Made by a program: the position numbers and the translations under genes | Shown here: positions 9,001 through 20,872 of the stretch, one piece after another | Layout: the number at the start of each line of letters is the position of its first letter | Numbering within the stretch: the stretch's first letter is position 1 | Notes under the pieces: generated by a model | The model's input: only the letters and a program-made list of their open reading frames with translations | The model's database searches: none | What the model was told of the DNA's origin: nothing | NCBI GenBank assembly: GCA_000708835.1 | Contig: DF237185.1 | Span: forward strand, 6,024 to 70,023 | Direction of reading: 5' to 3' | Origin: Klebsormidium nitens | Lineage: Eukaryota; Plantae; Klebsormidiophyceae | DNA: 64,000 nt

Positions 9001-10084
9001 GGGCGCGCACTAAGTGCGAGATTTTCTTGAAGATCTTAGCTCGAGAGCTACTGTTGCTCTTAGACAGAAGAATAGGTCGTGCGAGATCTATGAAAAAGCA
9101 GTTGAAGAGACCAGACTGCGAATGTTTATACAATCACGAAACGATGATGTGCATCCTCCAGGTTGTTGGGTTGTTAGGATGCCAAACGGGCCCGCAGGTT
9201 GAACAAGCAAAGAGTAGAAATTCTAGGATGCACTTGTTAGTAGCAGATGTAGGCCCGGCCTACCATTGAATCCTCAGGGAAAAAGGCAGTATCGCAAGCT
9301 GTAACTTTGTCAATTTTTAGGCGTCACCTCGAGTCACCTAACTTGTGGGTATCCCTGCTATCTTACGTCCTTTCAAAGAAGGTGTTACCTTCACGAGAAA
9401 CAGTGCTGACTGACGACCATTCGACTCACCTTTCTTAACGTTCAGGTTCTCTCGAAGGAAGGGCAGCGGCAACAGCTGCCGGTCGGAGTACAGGTGGTCC
9501 CTCTCGCTGTTCAAGGGCTGGCTGTCGCCAAAGGCCGCGGCGATTGGCGGGGGGAGAACGCCCAGGCGGAAGTTGCCCGACTGCGGGGTGGCCTTGCAGC
9601 TCTCCCCGTGGCAGATGTACGTCACCTCGGACCCCCGCCGCAGGAGCCCGAAGTTGGTGCTCTCGTGCACCCTCGCGCGAGTTGCCGGGAAGTAGGGGCA
9701 CGTCACGCGCCCGCCAGGCACGTTCCGGAACTCGTAGATGACCCCAGGGCCCGTGGAGGACGGCTTGGCGGCACAGAAGATCGAGGTGTTGTCGCCCCAG
9801 GTCGACAATAGCTTCTCGAGCTCGCGCACCACCTCCGACCGAAGCTCGGGGTCCTCCAGGTCTGGTTCTGCGAAAGGGGAAGTCTGCTCGGAGCTCTCCC
9901 TGACCCCCGACTCGGAATCTGCGATGGCTTCACCCCTCCGGCCCTCTTGCCCCTGCCCATTCTTATTCTGCCCGCCAAGTCGCTCTGCAGCCACCTGAGG
10001 GGGCAAGTCGTTGTCAGCAGAGAGTAGAGCCGCCTTTTTGAAGCTCTCTTCAAGGCAGGTAGGTTGTAAAAACAGCTTGTACAT
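6043..10084 (-). pseudogene. Intron-containing D5-type SF3 primase-helicase with zinc finger; two frameshifts
   Basis: Exons reconstructed with in-phase GT-AG junctions: <=10084-9430, 8935-8423, 7987-7808, 7475-7309, 7014-6866, 6642-6043. Motifs: HESTNFGLLRRGSEVTYICHGESC, YYWSGRCW, LAVANGVIDLRTGELLPHHP, Walker A GEGSAGKS, Walker B AVVEE, KKLTGSDVITARPL, IMCTNYLP. Frameshifts at about 8895 (4-bp duplication) and about 7380 (+1 nt). The true 5' end is uncertain. Confidence 0.85.
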
Positions 10085-10559
10085 GAAGACTACAAGCTGC
10101 ACACGACACCGATGAAGCCTGGGCTTGAATCGGAAGAACGTCAAAACAAGGGCCACAGCCAGCCCAACAACCTAACCGCGGCTTTGAACCAGCCTGACCA
10201 CGGCCCCGAAATCAACCTGATTGCGGCCCCAAAATCAGTAGGTACTAGGGCATGACCAGGATCCGTTTGAGGTACTAGGCCGGGCTAGAACATGCAAGGC
10301 CAACTAGTTGAGGTGTTGTGTAGACGAATTAGAGCCAATCTTGCCCCACGATTTGATAGCGAGGGCGGTCGAGTAAGCTGAATCGGAGTGACTCTACATT
10401 AGCGAAGTACAATGACGAAATTAGTACACGTTATTTTGGAAAAAGCTGCTTGTATGGGCATCGTGTACATCGGCTTACAAAAGAGCAAAACCAACCAAGG
10501 ACACAGGAGCCTTACCCCAATGCCAGGGACAGGGCCCGAATCACATGATTTGTCCGCGC

Positions 10560-11960
10560 TCGACTCCGCATCGCTGGCAGCGCCGTTCTCCACCTCGCCC
10601 ATGCACACCTTTGCACAAGGCGAGCCCCCCCCTTCCTTTGCAGAACTGCCTGCTACCTGCAGGTAAGGAACGCACGGTTAAGAGGAGCGACAGGAGAAAC
10701 ACCTGTTCTTGCTGTTTGTCCTGTCTGCCAGAGCACAGACGGCAAAAGTGCATCTAAGAGAATGGCGGCGACAAGAGAGACACGTGTCCTTGCTGTCTGT
10801 CCTGTCCGTCCTGTCTGTCAGAAAGGCAAAGTGCATGAGAGCATATACAGCAACAGGAAAGACATGTGTCGTTGCTGTCCTTCCTGTCTGCTAAAGCTTG
10901 CTTTAGTGGCAACATGCTTGAGAACATGGTAACGACAGGAGACACGTGTCTCTACTGTTCGCCTATCTTGTCTGCTTTTGCCTTGTCTGCTGCTAACGTA
11001 AAGAGCCCCGAGCACGAGTGGCATAAGACTTGCCCAGGACGGATCAAAACTTTGTCAGAACTTACCCCAATCTTCACAAGTCCTGCGCACGACTGTGCAC
11101 CATCGGCAGCGCCACCCTCCACAGCGTGCATGTGACCTTCCATGTGCGCGCTTTCACCAGGCGAACCCCCCCCTTCCTTTGCCAAACCGCCTATCCCCTG
11201 CACATGAAGAGAGGAAGGTCACGAAGGCCGACAGCAAAAACACATGTCCTTGCTGTCTATCCTGTCTGCCAAAGGCCAGAAGTCGAATCTGCATGAGAGC
11301 ATGGACAGCGAAGGGAAGAACACAGCCTCTTTGCTATCCGTCCTGTCTGCCAAAGCACAGATCCATAGCTACAGGCTTGAGAACATGGGCGCCGACAGGA
11401 AGTACACGTGTCTTTGCTGTCCGTCCTGTCGATCAAAGCACAGACGGCGACATGCTTGAGAACATGGGCAACGATAGAAGAGACACATGTCTCTGCTGTC
11501 CGTCCTGTCTGTTGCTCCTGAAAAGTCCCAAGCGGGAGTGGTGCATAAGAGTTGGGTCGTTTGACCGGTGTTTCGTCAAGACTTACCCCGCTCGTTTGTG
11601 CACCATCGACAGCGCCACCCTCCACCACATGCATGCAACCCTCCTTGTTCGCGCTTGTACCAGGCGAGCCACCCCCTTTCTCCTTAGAACTGCCTGCCAC
11701 CTGCAGAGAGAGAGCACGAGATTGTGAATCTCGACATGAGAAAGACCTGTCTTTCCTGTCCTTCCCGTTAGCCCGAGCACAGACAGCAGAGGCTTAGGGC
11801 GGCGACAGCAGAACCACGTGTCTCTGCCGTTCGTCCTGTCTGCTGTCACTAAGGGAGAATCGGGCTTTCAAGATGTCGTTCTCACTTTGATCCTCACGGG
11901 GGCCGGCATCGGCTGCACACCATCGGCAGCGCTGCCCTCCACCTCGTCCATAGGGTCGGC
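10560..11960. repeat. Degenerate about 500-bp tandem units containing many CACGTG/ACATGT-centred GACAG...CTGTC palindromes
   Basis: Unit anchor CATC(G)GCAGCGCC...CTCCAC at about 10569, 11101, 11605 and 11921. Palindromes such as GACAGGAGACACGTGTCTCTACTGT at about 10765, 10855, 10935, 11230, 11395, 11475 and 11805. Confidence 0.8.
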
Positions 11961-12151
11961 GGCACGGGCGCTTGCATCAGGCCACACCTCAGACAAGCGG
12001 AGCTCTTCCTCTGCAGAGCCGTTTTCTTTCTGCAGAGGGAGAGCATAAGATGAGCAACGGCGGCAGAAGAAATACCTGTCTAGGGCTGTCTAGGGCTGTC
12101 TAACGTGTCTGCCGGAGTTCTGCAAACTCGAAGTTCATAAGCTTAAGGCAA

Positions 12152-12634
12152 ATGCATGAGTCTAAAAGATCATCTGGACCGATGGAACAAGGCAAGTCGC
12201 CAGAATCGACGTGTCGCTTTCTGCCACCACCTCTCTGTAGAACTCTGTTTGGCATCGACCGCAAAAGCGACCTGAACGAGGACGACTATCTGAAGAGATG
12301 TCGATTCGGATCGGGTGTTGTCATGGGAAGCGGCTGGGAATTGAAGCATCACATAGATCTCCTCCATTTTAATCAGACCTTTTGGCCCCACTGGCAGGCG
12401 CTGTATGCACAATTCCAAAAGAACGGGGGTTTTGAAGACCCCGAGTGGCCCATCTACAACCTCAATGACAACACGCTATGCTTCGAAAGGTTCAAGAAGG
12501 GCGGGGAACCAGTTCGAAGAATGGAGACATCAAAGGCCTTCTACAAGCCAGGCCCGGCGCAGTTGCTCGGCGAGGACGCACGCAAGGCGCGAGGCAGGTC
12601 TCGAAGCGAGGCGAGGGGAAATCGGGGAGTTTAG
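12152..12634 (+). CDS. Hypothetical protein or exon (unknown)
   Basis: 160-aa ORF with protein-like composition (FWPHWQALYAQFQKNGGFEDPEWPIYNLND) and a possible acceptor ctctgtag at 12240. No family recognised. Confidence 0.3.
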   Translation: MHESKRSSGPMEQGKSPESTCRFLPPPLCRTLFGIDRKSDLNEDDYLKRCRFGSGVVMGSGWELKHHIDLLHFNQTFWPHWQALYAQFQKNGGFEDPEWPIYNLNDNTLCFERFKKGGEPVRRMETSKAFYKPGPAQLLGEDARKARGRSRSEARGNRGV

Positions 12635-13499
12635 CTGACGTTGTTCAGATGCTCACGTTATCAGAGAAGTCGTCTAGATAATCTTGGCTTAAGTTTGAAG
12701 TTTTGGAGATTTGAAAAGCTTTATGTAATCCCTTCAACAGCGCTTCATGTTTTGGTTTCCATGGCTGCTGACGTCTTTCATGAGGCCGGCTCAAAATCAT
12801 GGCAAAAGTGCTGGGTGAAGAAAGGGTTCCCCTTAATTGCGATACACCCGAGTGCTCAAGAAAGTACTCAACCATATGCGCCAGACACTGCAGAGAACCC
12901 TTCTAGAGGGTCAGATCTCGTGCAGAATGGGGTCACTGATCTTGGACACACCCATGTACGCAAGAACCAAACTTCCATGCCAGACAATTTGTGCGCTGCA
13001 AACTGCCACGTCCTCATTACAAAATACACACCAAATTGTGTACATGCATGAGAATTGAGAGTGCGGCCAAGCAATGAGGCGAAGCTTTGGGTTGCACTCA
13101 CCTGCATCTGTTCAACGCGTGGCCCGCCGCCTGAAGGCTGTGTTTTGGAGATGTGGATTCTCCATGATGTCGCGCTGACGCTTCCTGTCTGCCAGTCGCT
13201 TGGTCGACCCTTCCTCAGATGCTCCTCCCAGGCCAGAGTAGGCCGGGCTTGAAGGCTCGTACGATCCCATCTTCTGCAATACATTGCACAATTCAGGGGC
13301 GAAAAGACAAGTCTGCGCTCATTCATCATGGTTGCCAGAAACAGGCTGCCTCGAATCACCCTAGTGGCGTGCACTGGGACTGTCTGACATTGGAATCTAG
13401 ATTGTCTTACCACGCAGGGCCGCAACTAAACCCTGAAGCGCACTCAAAATTAGCCTCGCAACTGCCCCGCAATCCCTGAAACTAGCCCCACAGCATGCA

Positions 13500-13960
13500 T
13501 GCCATCAGTCCTCAAAAAGCAGACTCAAAACAAGCCAGCATGCGGAGTGAGACCAGCCCAACAGCAGAAGTGCAATCAGCCCCCTACAGGCCCGCAATCA
13601 GCCCCGAGTGGAACCAAAACCAGCCCCAAAGCGGGCCCGAAACCAGCCCCACACTGGGGCATGCAACAGCCCCAAGACCAGCCCCACAGCAAACCCGCAA
13701 TCAGCCCCAGAGCGGACGCAGACCAACCCCGCAGCTGGGTTTCATCTGTCCTGCAGCGGGCTCGCGTTCAGCCCCAAAAAGCAAGCCGGAACCAAACTGC
13801 AACCAGATCCAAAACAAACAGCCCACAGTCAGCAAGCACCTCAGGCTGACAGCGAACATTATAAGCCCCATAGCCAGGTGCCAAAGTTGACCCCACAGTC
13901 TGGCGCCAAATTTGTGGGGCCAATTCCGCCCCCCAATCTGGCGCCAATTTAGCCCCAAAG
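13500..13960 (+). repeat. Low-complexity CAGCCCC(A)n-type degenerate repeat
   Basis: Repeated cagcccc motifs about every 20-30 bp; the overlapping ORFs are low-complexity artefacts. Confidence 0.7.
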
Positions 13961-15419
13961 TACGTGACAGATAAGCCCAACAAGCTGGCGCCATATCAGC
14001 TAGAATGCTCGGCACCATGAGCTCGAAATATGAACCGCGAGCAAATATGTGTTGACAGCTTGGTGCCAAATCAGCCACACGGCAAGCAACCTAATGCTTC
14101 CACTTCAATCAAAAACATCAGATCCAAGCATAGGACAGAAAAAGGTACGCAAAGTGAGGGCCTCTTGAATGAACTCGCCTTCCACCTGGCACCCTTTAGA
14201 GCGACCCCTCTATTGCATGCACTGCTAGTAAGATGCGGCGGCCATCCCCAAAGCGCGGGCCCAAGACTGGCAACACTTTGGACGTTCCCACATTTGAAGC
14301 CCAGGTGGGGGGACTCTGCAAGGCATCAGAGTCAGATTGCTTCGTTTCAAACGCTCATGAACTGTGGATGCCAGCTGACTGCCCAACAAGCACAATTATC
14401 ATCATGTGCCCACAATTGCTCTCAGGTATCAAGAGTGCTGCAGCCTTGTACTGGATAAAGATGCACCCTGAACATTCAACTTGCAAAGGACATGAGCTCT
14501 CAAACGTATCAACACAGCATCCGAGGCTGGAACTTTGAAATTCAAAAACATACATTAGACACACATGGCATGTGTGGGAGAAGTCTGTCAACTCATACGC
14601 CTCGTTGCATGGTTCAATGTGGTTTAACAAAATGAACAGATTCAGAACAGTACGCTACTTGCCAGAGGTGGTGGCGGCTGCCGACAATTGCACAAGGCAC
14701 TTGCACGTTGCTTTGTCCACAAAAGTCAGACCGATTCCAGCATGTTTATGTGCGAAAAGAAGGGCCCTCATATCAGAAGAAACTTGGTAAGGTGCTCTCA
14801 CCTGCATCCCCGTGCTCTTGTAAGGAGCGTCCGCCAACCAAAGATTGCCCACTTCTGAGCTTTTCACAAGAGGCTCTTGAAATCTGGATCCTTTGATGTT
14901 TTCAGAAATGTTGAAGGTGGAGACACTTGCAGCCCAAAATGGCAGCTTGAGGGAGCTGCCCCACAGCGCCACAGGTTGCCATGCTGCGCCACTGGCAAGT
15001 CAGCCTGTTGCTGACTCAGAATCCTCTGGACACTTGTCAAGCATGCGTGGTGGTTGGAGGCCGCCATGGCCTGCCACCCTGCCTTGTACACCATATTCTA
15101 GCTGCATGGAGCACCAGCTACAGTGGTGCAGCCATCTTCTCAGCTGTTGCACATTTTTCCAGCTGCCAGTAGCTCGCGCACCCATCTTCAAGCTGCAGCA
15201 CTGGTGAAATGCCATAGCTACTCAACTGCAGCTAGTGCAGGAAGTTGTGGACTTCACAATGCTCCTGACATGTTTTGCAGCTGCTAGTAGAGCAAATCAG
15301 AGCGGCCTTGAATCACAAGCTTCTGGATCAGCACTCGAGGAAAAAGGTCCCGAAAGGCAAACAGAAGACCCAGTGTGTGAATCTCCTCTTCTCTCTGACA
15401 CATGCTCAGAGAGCAGACA

Positions 15420-16130
15420 AGCGAATCAGGACGGACAACATTTTCTCTGTCCCGCTCCAGCTTATACACTACCATACCGGAAAAATTGCCGGAATTTTAT
15501 AGTTGGTAGCACGCTTCGACAGGAAAGACAGGACCGACGGCATTTTCTCTTGTCTCGCTTTGCGCTTATAAATAACCTTACCTTGGAAAATGGTCGGGAT
15601 TTTGTAATTAATAGCAAGCTTCGACATAAGAGACGGGACGGACAGCACTTTCTCCTGTCTTCCCGACTTATATTCTACTATACCGGAAAAACTATCAGAA
15701 TATTGTAATTGATAGCACGCGTCGACAGGAGGACAGGATAGACGAGACGGACGGCAGAATTTGCTGTCCTGCCTGCGCCTTATTTCTGACCAAACCGGCC
15801 AATATGTGACAATTGGTGATCCTTAGATACATACATATCAGCAAACTCGGCCGACCTCCGAAAAGTTTGTACTATAATCTATTATTTTTTTTTTCTTCTC
15901 CGGGGAAGGAATTATAACAGATTACTAGTCCAGAGTTTTCCCTTTGGTTCCCAATTGGCGATATGTATGTATGTAAGGACCATACCGGAAAAAGATGCAA
16001 TATTGTAATTGACTTTTTGGAGAAGAGAATATAACAGATTAGTAGTATAGAGTTTTCCCTCTGGATTCCAATTGCCGATATGTATGTATGTAAGGCCATA
16101 CCTGGAAAAGATGCAATATAGTAACTGACT
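15420..16130 (+). repeat. Second, diverged direct copy of the 5030-5930 module (GACAG repeats + palindrome + arm repeats)
   Basis: About 100-bp GACAG units at about 15425, 15515, 15621 and 15721. TTAGATACATACATATC...CTCGGCCGA...AAAAGTTT at 15824-15868, and GATATGTATGTATGTAAG at about 15960 and 16077. Confidence 0.9.
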
Positions 16131-16299
16131 TTCTGGAAAAAAGAAGATTCTCCGTAAGTAGAGTACTTAGGGAGAATTAAGGTACATTTCATCCTTGGTC
16201 CCCGAGTGCCCGGTGATCGGACTAGTACCACTTGGGTCTGTACCGGCTCCGACTTCAGGTTTCGACCCCTGGTACGAACATCACACCTTTGGGTTCCAG

Positions 16300-16632
16300 G
16301 GGGTCTGACATGGCGGCCTGTGATAGGCTCAAATTTGAATCCGAACTGCATTTGGCTTGCTGGACTTTCGGCGATCTCGGGCAAGGGGGGCTGACGTGTC
16401 GCCAAATGACTGGCCCATGACTGGCACAAAATAAGGCCAACCATCTGATGGTTTGCTGCGGACTGCCGAAGGGGCACGGGCCGGGTGACAGTGAGACCCG
16501 CGGTACGGCCCTACTGGACTATTCCACTCTTGTGGATCCTGGGGGGGTATGCCTTGGCGCTCTCTGATTGGCTGAAACTGTAGTCCGAACTTCATTTCAC
16601 ACATGTATATATCTCTGATTGGCTTGCTGCTC
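16300..16632 (+). promoter_or_regulatory. Two copies of a TGAT(T/A)GGC...TCCGAACT(T/G)CATTT..GGCTTGCTG motif (reverse CCAAT box)
   Basis: Copies at about 16320-16362 and 16565-16629; a third copy lies at 21723-21764. Confidence 0.4.
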
Positions 16633-16921
16633 AAAAGCTGACTGGGTGCGCGCGCGACGAACCCGAGTAGCGGCGGCTGCGCAGGTCCAGCCTGACCTAG
16701 CGAGTCCCCACGAAACTTGAACGTGATAGCTGTGAATTTTCTTAGAACCTGGGATACGAGAAGCCTCTGCGAGGCGCTTACAGAAAGCCTGAAAGGTGTC
16801 ATGCACTAGGTAGCCGATTGTCTGTCGTCCCGGAAAGGAAAGCTCGGCTTGCATCGCCAAAGGCATACAGATGGACCTTCAACAGTCCTCTGCCGTGGTT
16901 ACTCTGGTTCAAAACGGCCAG

Positions 16922-17851
16922 ATGGCTGCTGCCGAAGTTGTGTCTCCTGACAGGACGCAGGGCGTCAGGAGGGTTCACAAGAGGGTCACCTCACCAACGT
17001 CCTTGCAGACTGGGGACTTCGGAATCCTGTGGAAGAGGAACAAGTCTGATGGAGAAGCTTCCACTTCACACGGTGAGTGCTTTGACATGAAGGCTGGCTC
17101 ACTTGAAGGCTGGCTCTTGACCCAATATTTGAGATTGATGCTTTGAATATGGGAAGCCCTAGTACCTAAGCAAGTCTCATCGAATCCAGTTGCCGTGCTG
17201 TGTGGACGCCATTCTTGTGGAAGTCTGTGAGGCAAATTTCCCACTGTTTTATCCACTTTGCTGCCATATACAGGCAATGTGGGGGAGATTGTCAGCACTG
17301 CTTCATACTTGTCCTCAGATCGTGGAGCTCAAGACATGGCTCAGGTAGGACTTTCGCTGAATTTGCCTGGAGCTGCCTGGTCGGTGCAGGACACACAGTT
17401 GCGCGATGCTGCCGCCAAAGGCTCTGTGGTTTGCTAGAGATCTTTACCTGCCTTTCTTATAAGGTTTCTACCTCACTGCACATGTTCACCCTTGCTAACT
17501 CAGACAAGTCACACAACCTTGCAGGGGCTGGGTTTGGATGCTATGGACGTTGATGATCTGCAGTCCATGATCTCTGAGAGGTATCTGAGAAATATCAGCA
17601 AGCAGTGGCATGCCCGGAAGAAGACATCTGAAAACGCTCAACTCGTGAAGGCTTACAACGCTGCCCTCAGACAAGCAAAGGCGTCAGGAAGAATCAAAGG
17701 CCACTACCAAGCGCATGCATCCGCGGCATTCAATATCGAAGTCCGAAATGTCCTCAAAGAGCGGCAGCACGAGGGGTTGTCTCCAGGGTATAGAGCAGAC
17801 TTGGAGGAGAGGCTGAAAATCGCGAAGCAGGTCATTGACAATGTGAGCTGA
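16922..17851 (+). CDS. Three-exon hypothetical protein
   Basis: Exons 16922-17072, 17319-17344 and 17525-17851 join in frame through GT-AG sites (…EASTSH|DRGAQDMAQ|GLGLDAMDVDDLQSMISERYLRNISKQWHARKK…). Confidence 0.5.
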
Positions 17852-20800
17852 TCTAAGTTCCTGAGCTTGAAAGTTGTATCCACTCTGTAATTATCATTTC
17901 AGCCCTGGCTTTTGGAGCACGCTCGAGCAACTAAGTTACTGGTTCTGACACCTGTGAACTCTTTTTCTGCTTCTGTGCGCTTTTGCCCTTTTTGCAGCTT
18001 GAGAGGATCGTACTTGTAATGCTACAATTATATTGCCTTTTGACTGAGCCACATGGTGCTCAATTCTCATCTGACGCCTTGATTGATCTACTTGCAGAGC
18101 TCCGCACTGCCGGGGCTTGGCAATGGCTACGTGAATCTGGAGCAAGCCTATTCGAGTGCTAATGACGACCTTCACCAGACGATCACGTAAGTTCAAGGCC
18201 TGAGATACTCAAAGATTATTGGCAGAGAACCTTGGCAGGTGCTTTAGCAGCTGGTTAAGCAATTGGTGTGGGGCTGCTTCATTGGCAGAGTAACGCAATC
18301 TCCACACCAAACCAATGGAAGAGGGAAAAGGCTTTCTTGTGGTGAAGTGCCATTAGCTTCTGATCCGTTTGTGCAGGCCGGCTTATGTGCAGCGCGTCCA
18401 AAGTCTCGCTGCTCGAGGTGTCTTCAAGAAGATTGGGGTAAGCACTTTCTCAGAGGAGTTTTCCTTGCTGTGCTGTTGATTGTGTCGTTCCAGATCGATC
18501 CCAAATATTCTCATCTTTGCATATGAGTTCTGCCATACTTCTGGAGAAATAGGGGGAAGAGCTTCGTTAGTTATTCATGGCTGCTCCTCCTCCACACTAC
18601 ATGGAAACGAACCTATTTCTCTTATGAATGAAACTCTCACACATGCAGGACGGCGTTGAAGACACAGTTCTGAAAATGGTACAGGCCCTGTGATAGAGCG
18701 CTGCACAAAAGGTAAGTGTTGACCTGAGAATTACGGCAATCTTAGCAAGTTGTTGGCTACAGCCCTACCATCAGGTTGCTGAATAGTGAAACGATCTGCA
18801 AGATTCTGCAATTCTAATCATCGGGGAGACCGGTGTGCGCAGGTCCTCTTGCGCTTCTTGCTTCCTTGTTATGGCATGTCAGCGCATCTTTGCGAGTACC
18901 CTGATTGTAGACAATTGACAGAACTTTAGTATAACCACGCTGCGGCAGGGAAGTTTTGAGAGCTCTGTTGTGTGAGGGCGCAACAAAGGCAGTATTCTTT
19001 CGAACAACTTCTTTTCAAGGGCCTTGCTGGAGCCCAAAGCTTTATCTGACTGCTTACACCGGATTGTGTTCTGCTCAAATCCAGAATCAAGCAGAGTAGA
19101 AGGAAGACGGCACGCACAATTCACCGTTGGAAGCAAGACATGTTATGCTTGTCTCCATTTGACTGTCAATGTTGACCTTGTCTGCTGATGCCTGTCCATT
19201 GTTGCAGGGATACACACACTTGGCCGAAGCTGTACATGTGGTTCATCAAGGAGATTTCGAGTTTCATCGGAAAGATGATGTCCGTCAGTCACTTAGTCAG
19301 TACATAGATAGCGGAAGGTATACGAGGAGGACACCTAACATGTCATGTCGAAGGACATACTTCGCTTTGGAGGGGCTCGCTGAGATCATTTTAAGTGTGA
19401 CTCGGAAATTCTAGTCTCTGCTGCTCTAGTGTGACAGGACGTACGCAAGCAGAGACAGCCAATTGCCAGAAGCCTTCACTGATGCGGGCATCGAGCATGT
19501 GCATTCTGCATGCACATGGCCCGACCATGTTGACTCAAAAGTTGATCAACTGATCGCGCAAACTTATAATTAATTAGCGCGTCCTTGCATAAGATAACTT
19601 CTGAATTTGGTTTCGAATATGATCACAAGCTCAATCAACGCCTCGTGCATGAGATATGCAGGTGACGGAGGACTAAATCTCGTGGAGTCCCCCATGAGCT
19701 ATATACGCTAGGTGAGAGCTCGCAAACAGAACCTCCTTCAAGGCTTCATATCGCATCTGACTTGAGGCAGCTGTAAGTCAGGCATTCTAGGTACTTCATG
19801 AGGAAGCCCCATGGAGTGCCGCGCAACATTACAGCGATTGTTAAGGTGTCGTGCATTCCAATGTCAATCAATGTCTCAAGATTAGGAGGCCCAACTGCTC
19901 CTCATTGCATTCCTCCGCCATCCGCCTTCGAGAATGACACTTGGCAAGACCACCTCATCATGACAATCTGCATGACCAAGGTACATCCATGTTGACAACC
20001 TGCACCACATGTTAGATCCAAATCTAAGAGTCGGCTTAAGAGCGCAGCCTGCCAAGCTCGAGACCAGCTTGCCATACTTAGCGCAGCACCAAGCGGCCAG
20101 ACAGCATCCTTGAATGTAGGCCCTTGCACCCTGCATGAGTCACGCAAAGCACTTGCTGGCTGGCTTGAACAAAAGCTCAAGATGCTTTGCGGTTGAGCAC
20201 TCACATAGGATAAAAGAACTTAAAAGCACTTGACCGTCCTGACAACTGAGAGCATACCGCAGTTCAAGGGTTTACCTATCATCGGCAATATGGTGCAACC
20301 GGCTGGAAAGCCTTAAAAACGGAACGCTGCTGTGGTAAGCGAAGAGCTCTTCACCTGCCCCGTCATGAAAGCAGCAGCAAGGTCAAGTCCCAAAGAGCCT
20401 ACGAGTCCTGCGACGTCCTCAGGTTGGCCGTACTTTCCTGGAAGCAAAACATTAGAAGTTCGCCGGTCACCGCGACCTTCGATCATGCACTTCCCGGCCG
20501 GCAGATTCGAGAGGCCAGAATCGTCGTTCGCAGAAATGCTCTTGACGAGACTCTCTGGCTATGCAGAATAGAGTCTACGAATCGTCCATTTTGAAGCAGA
20601 TTGATGGCGCATGATTACGGCTGAAGCGCAACCATTTTCGCCAGCGACAGAAATAAGGCTCTCAACGCTGAAAGTCCAGCGGCATAGCAGTCCGGAGGGA
20701 ATAGCATTCGTAACTTTGAAAGTCACCGAAATGGCCCTCCTATAGATTTACTTACCACTTCATACGCCTAGCGCTGAGAGCGATTGTTGCTTGCAAGGAG

Positions 20801-20872
20801 ATCATTGCCTTTGCAACTCTACGGGGTTCAAAATTCTTGCGCAATAAATATGAAAGACCCCTTTCTGCACAC

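Noticed and set aside
10545-11849. Cys-rich ORFs (CLSCLP etc.)
   Set aside because: They arise from the CTGTC-rich palindromic repeats in several frames at once.
18400-20600. Scattered exon-like segments with plausible splice sites
   Set aside because: I could not join them into an open frame or recognise a family; they may be pseudogene debris.
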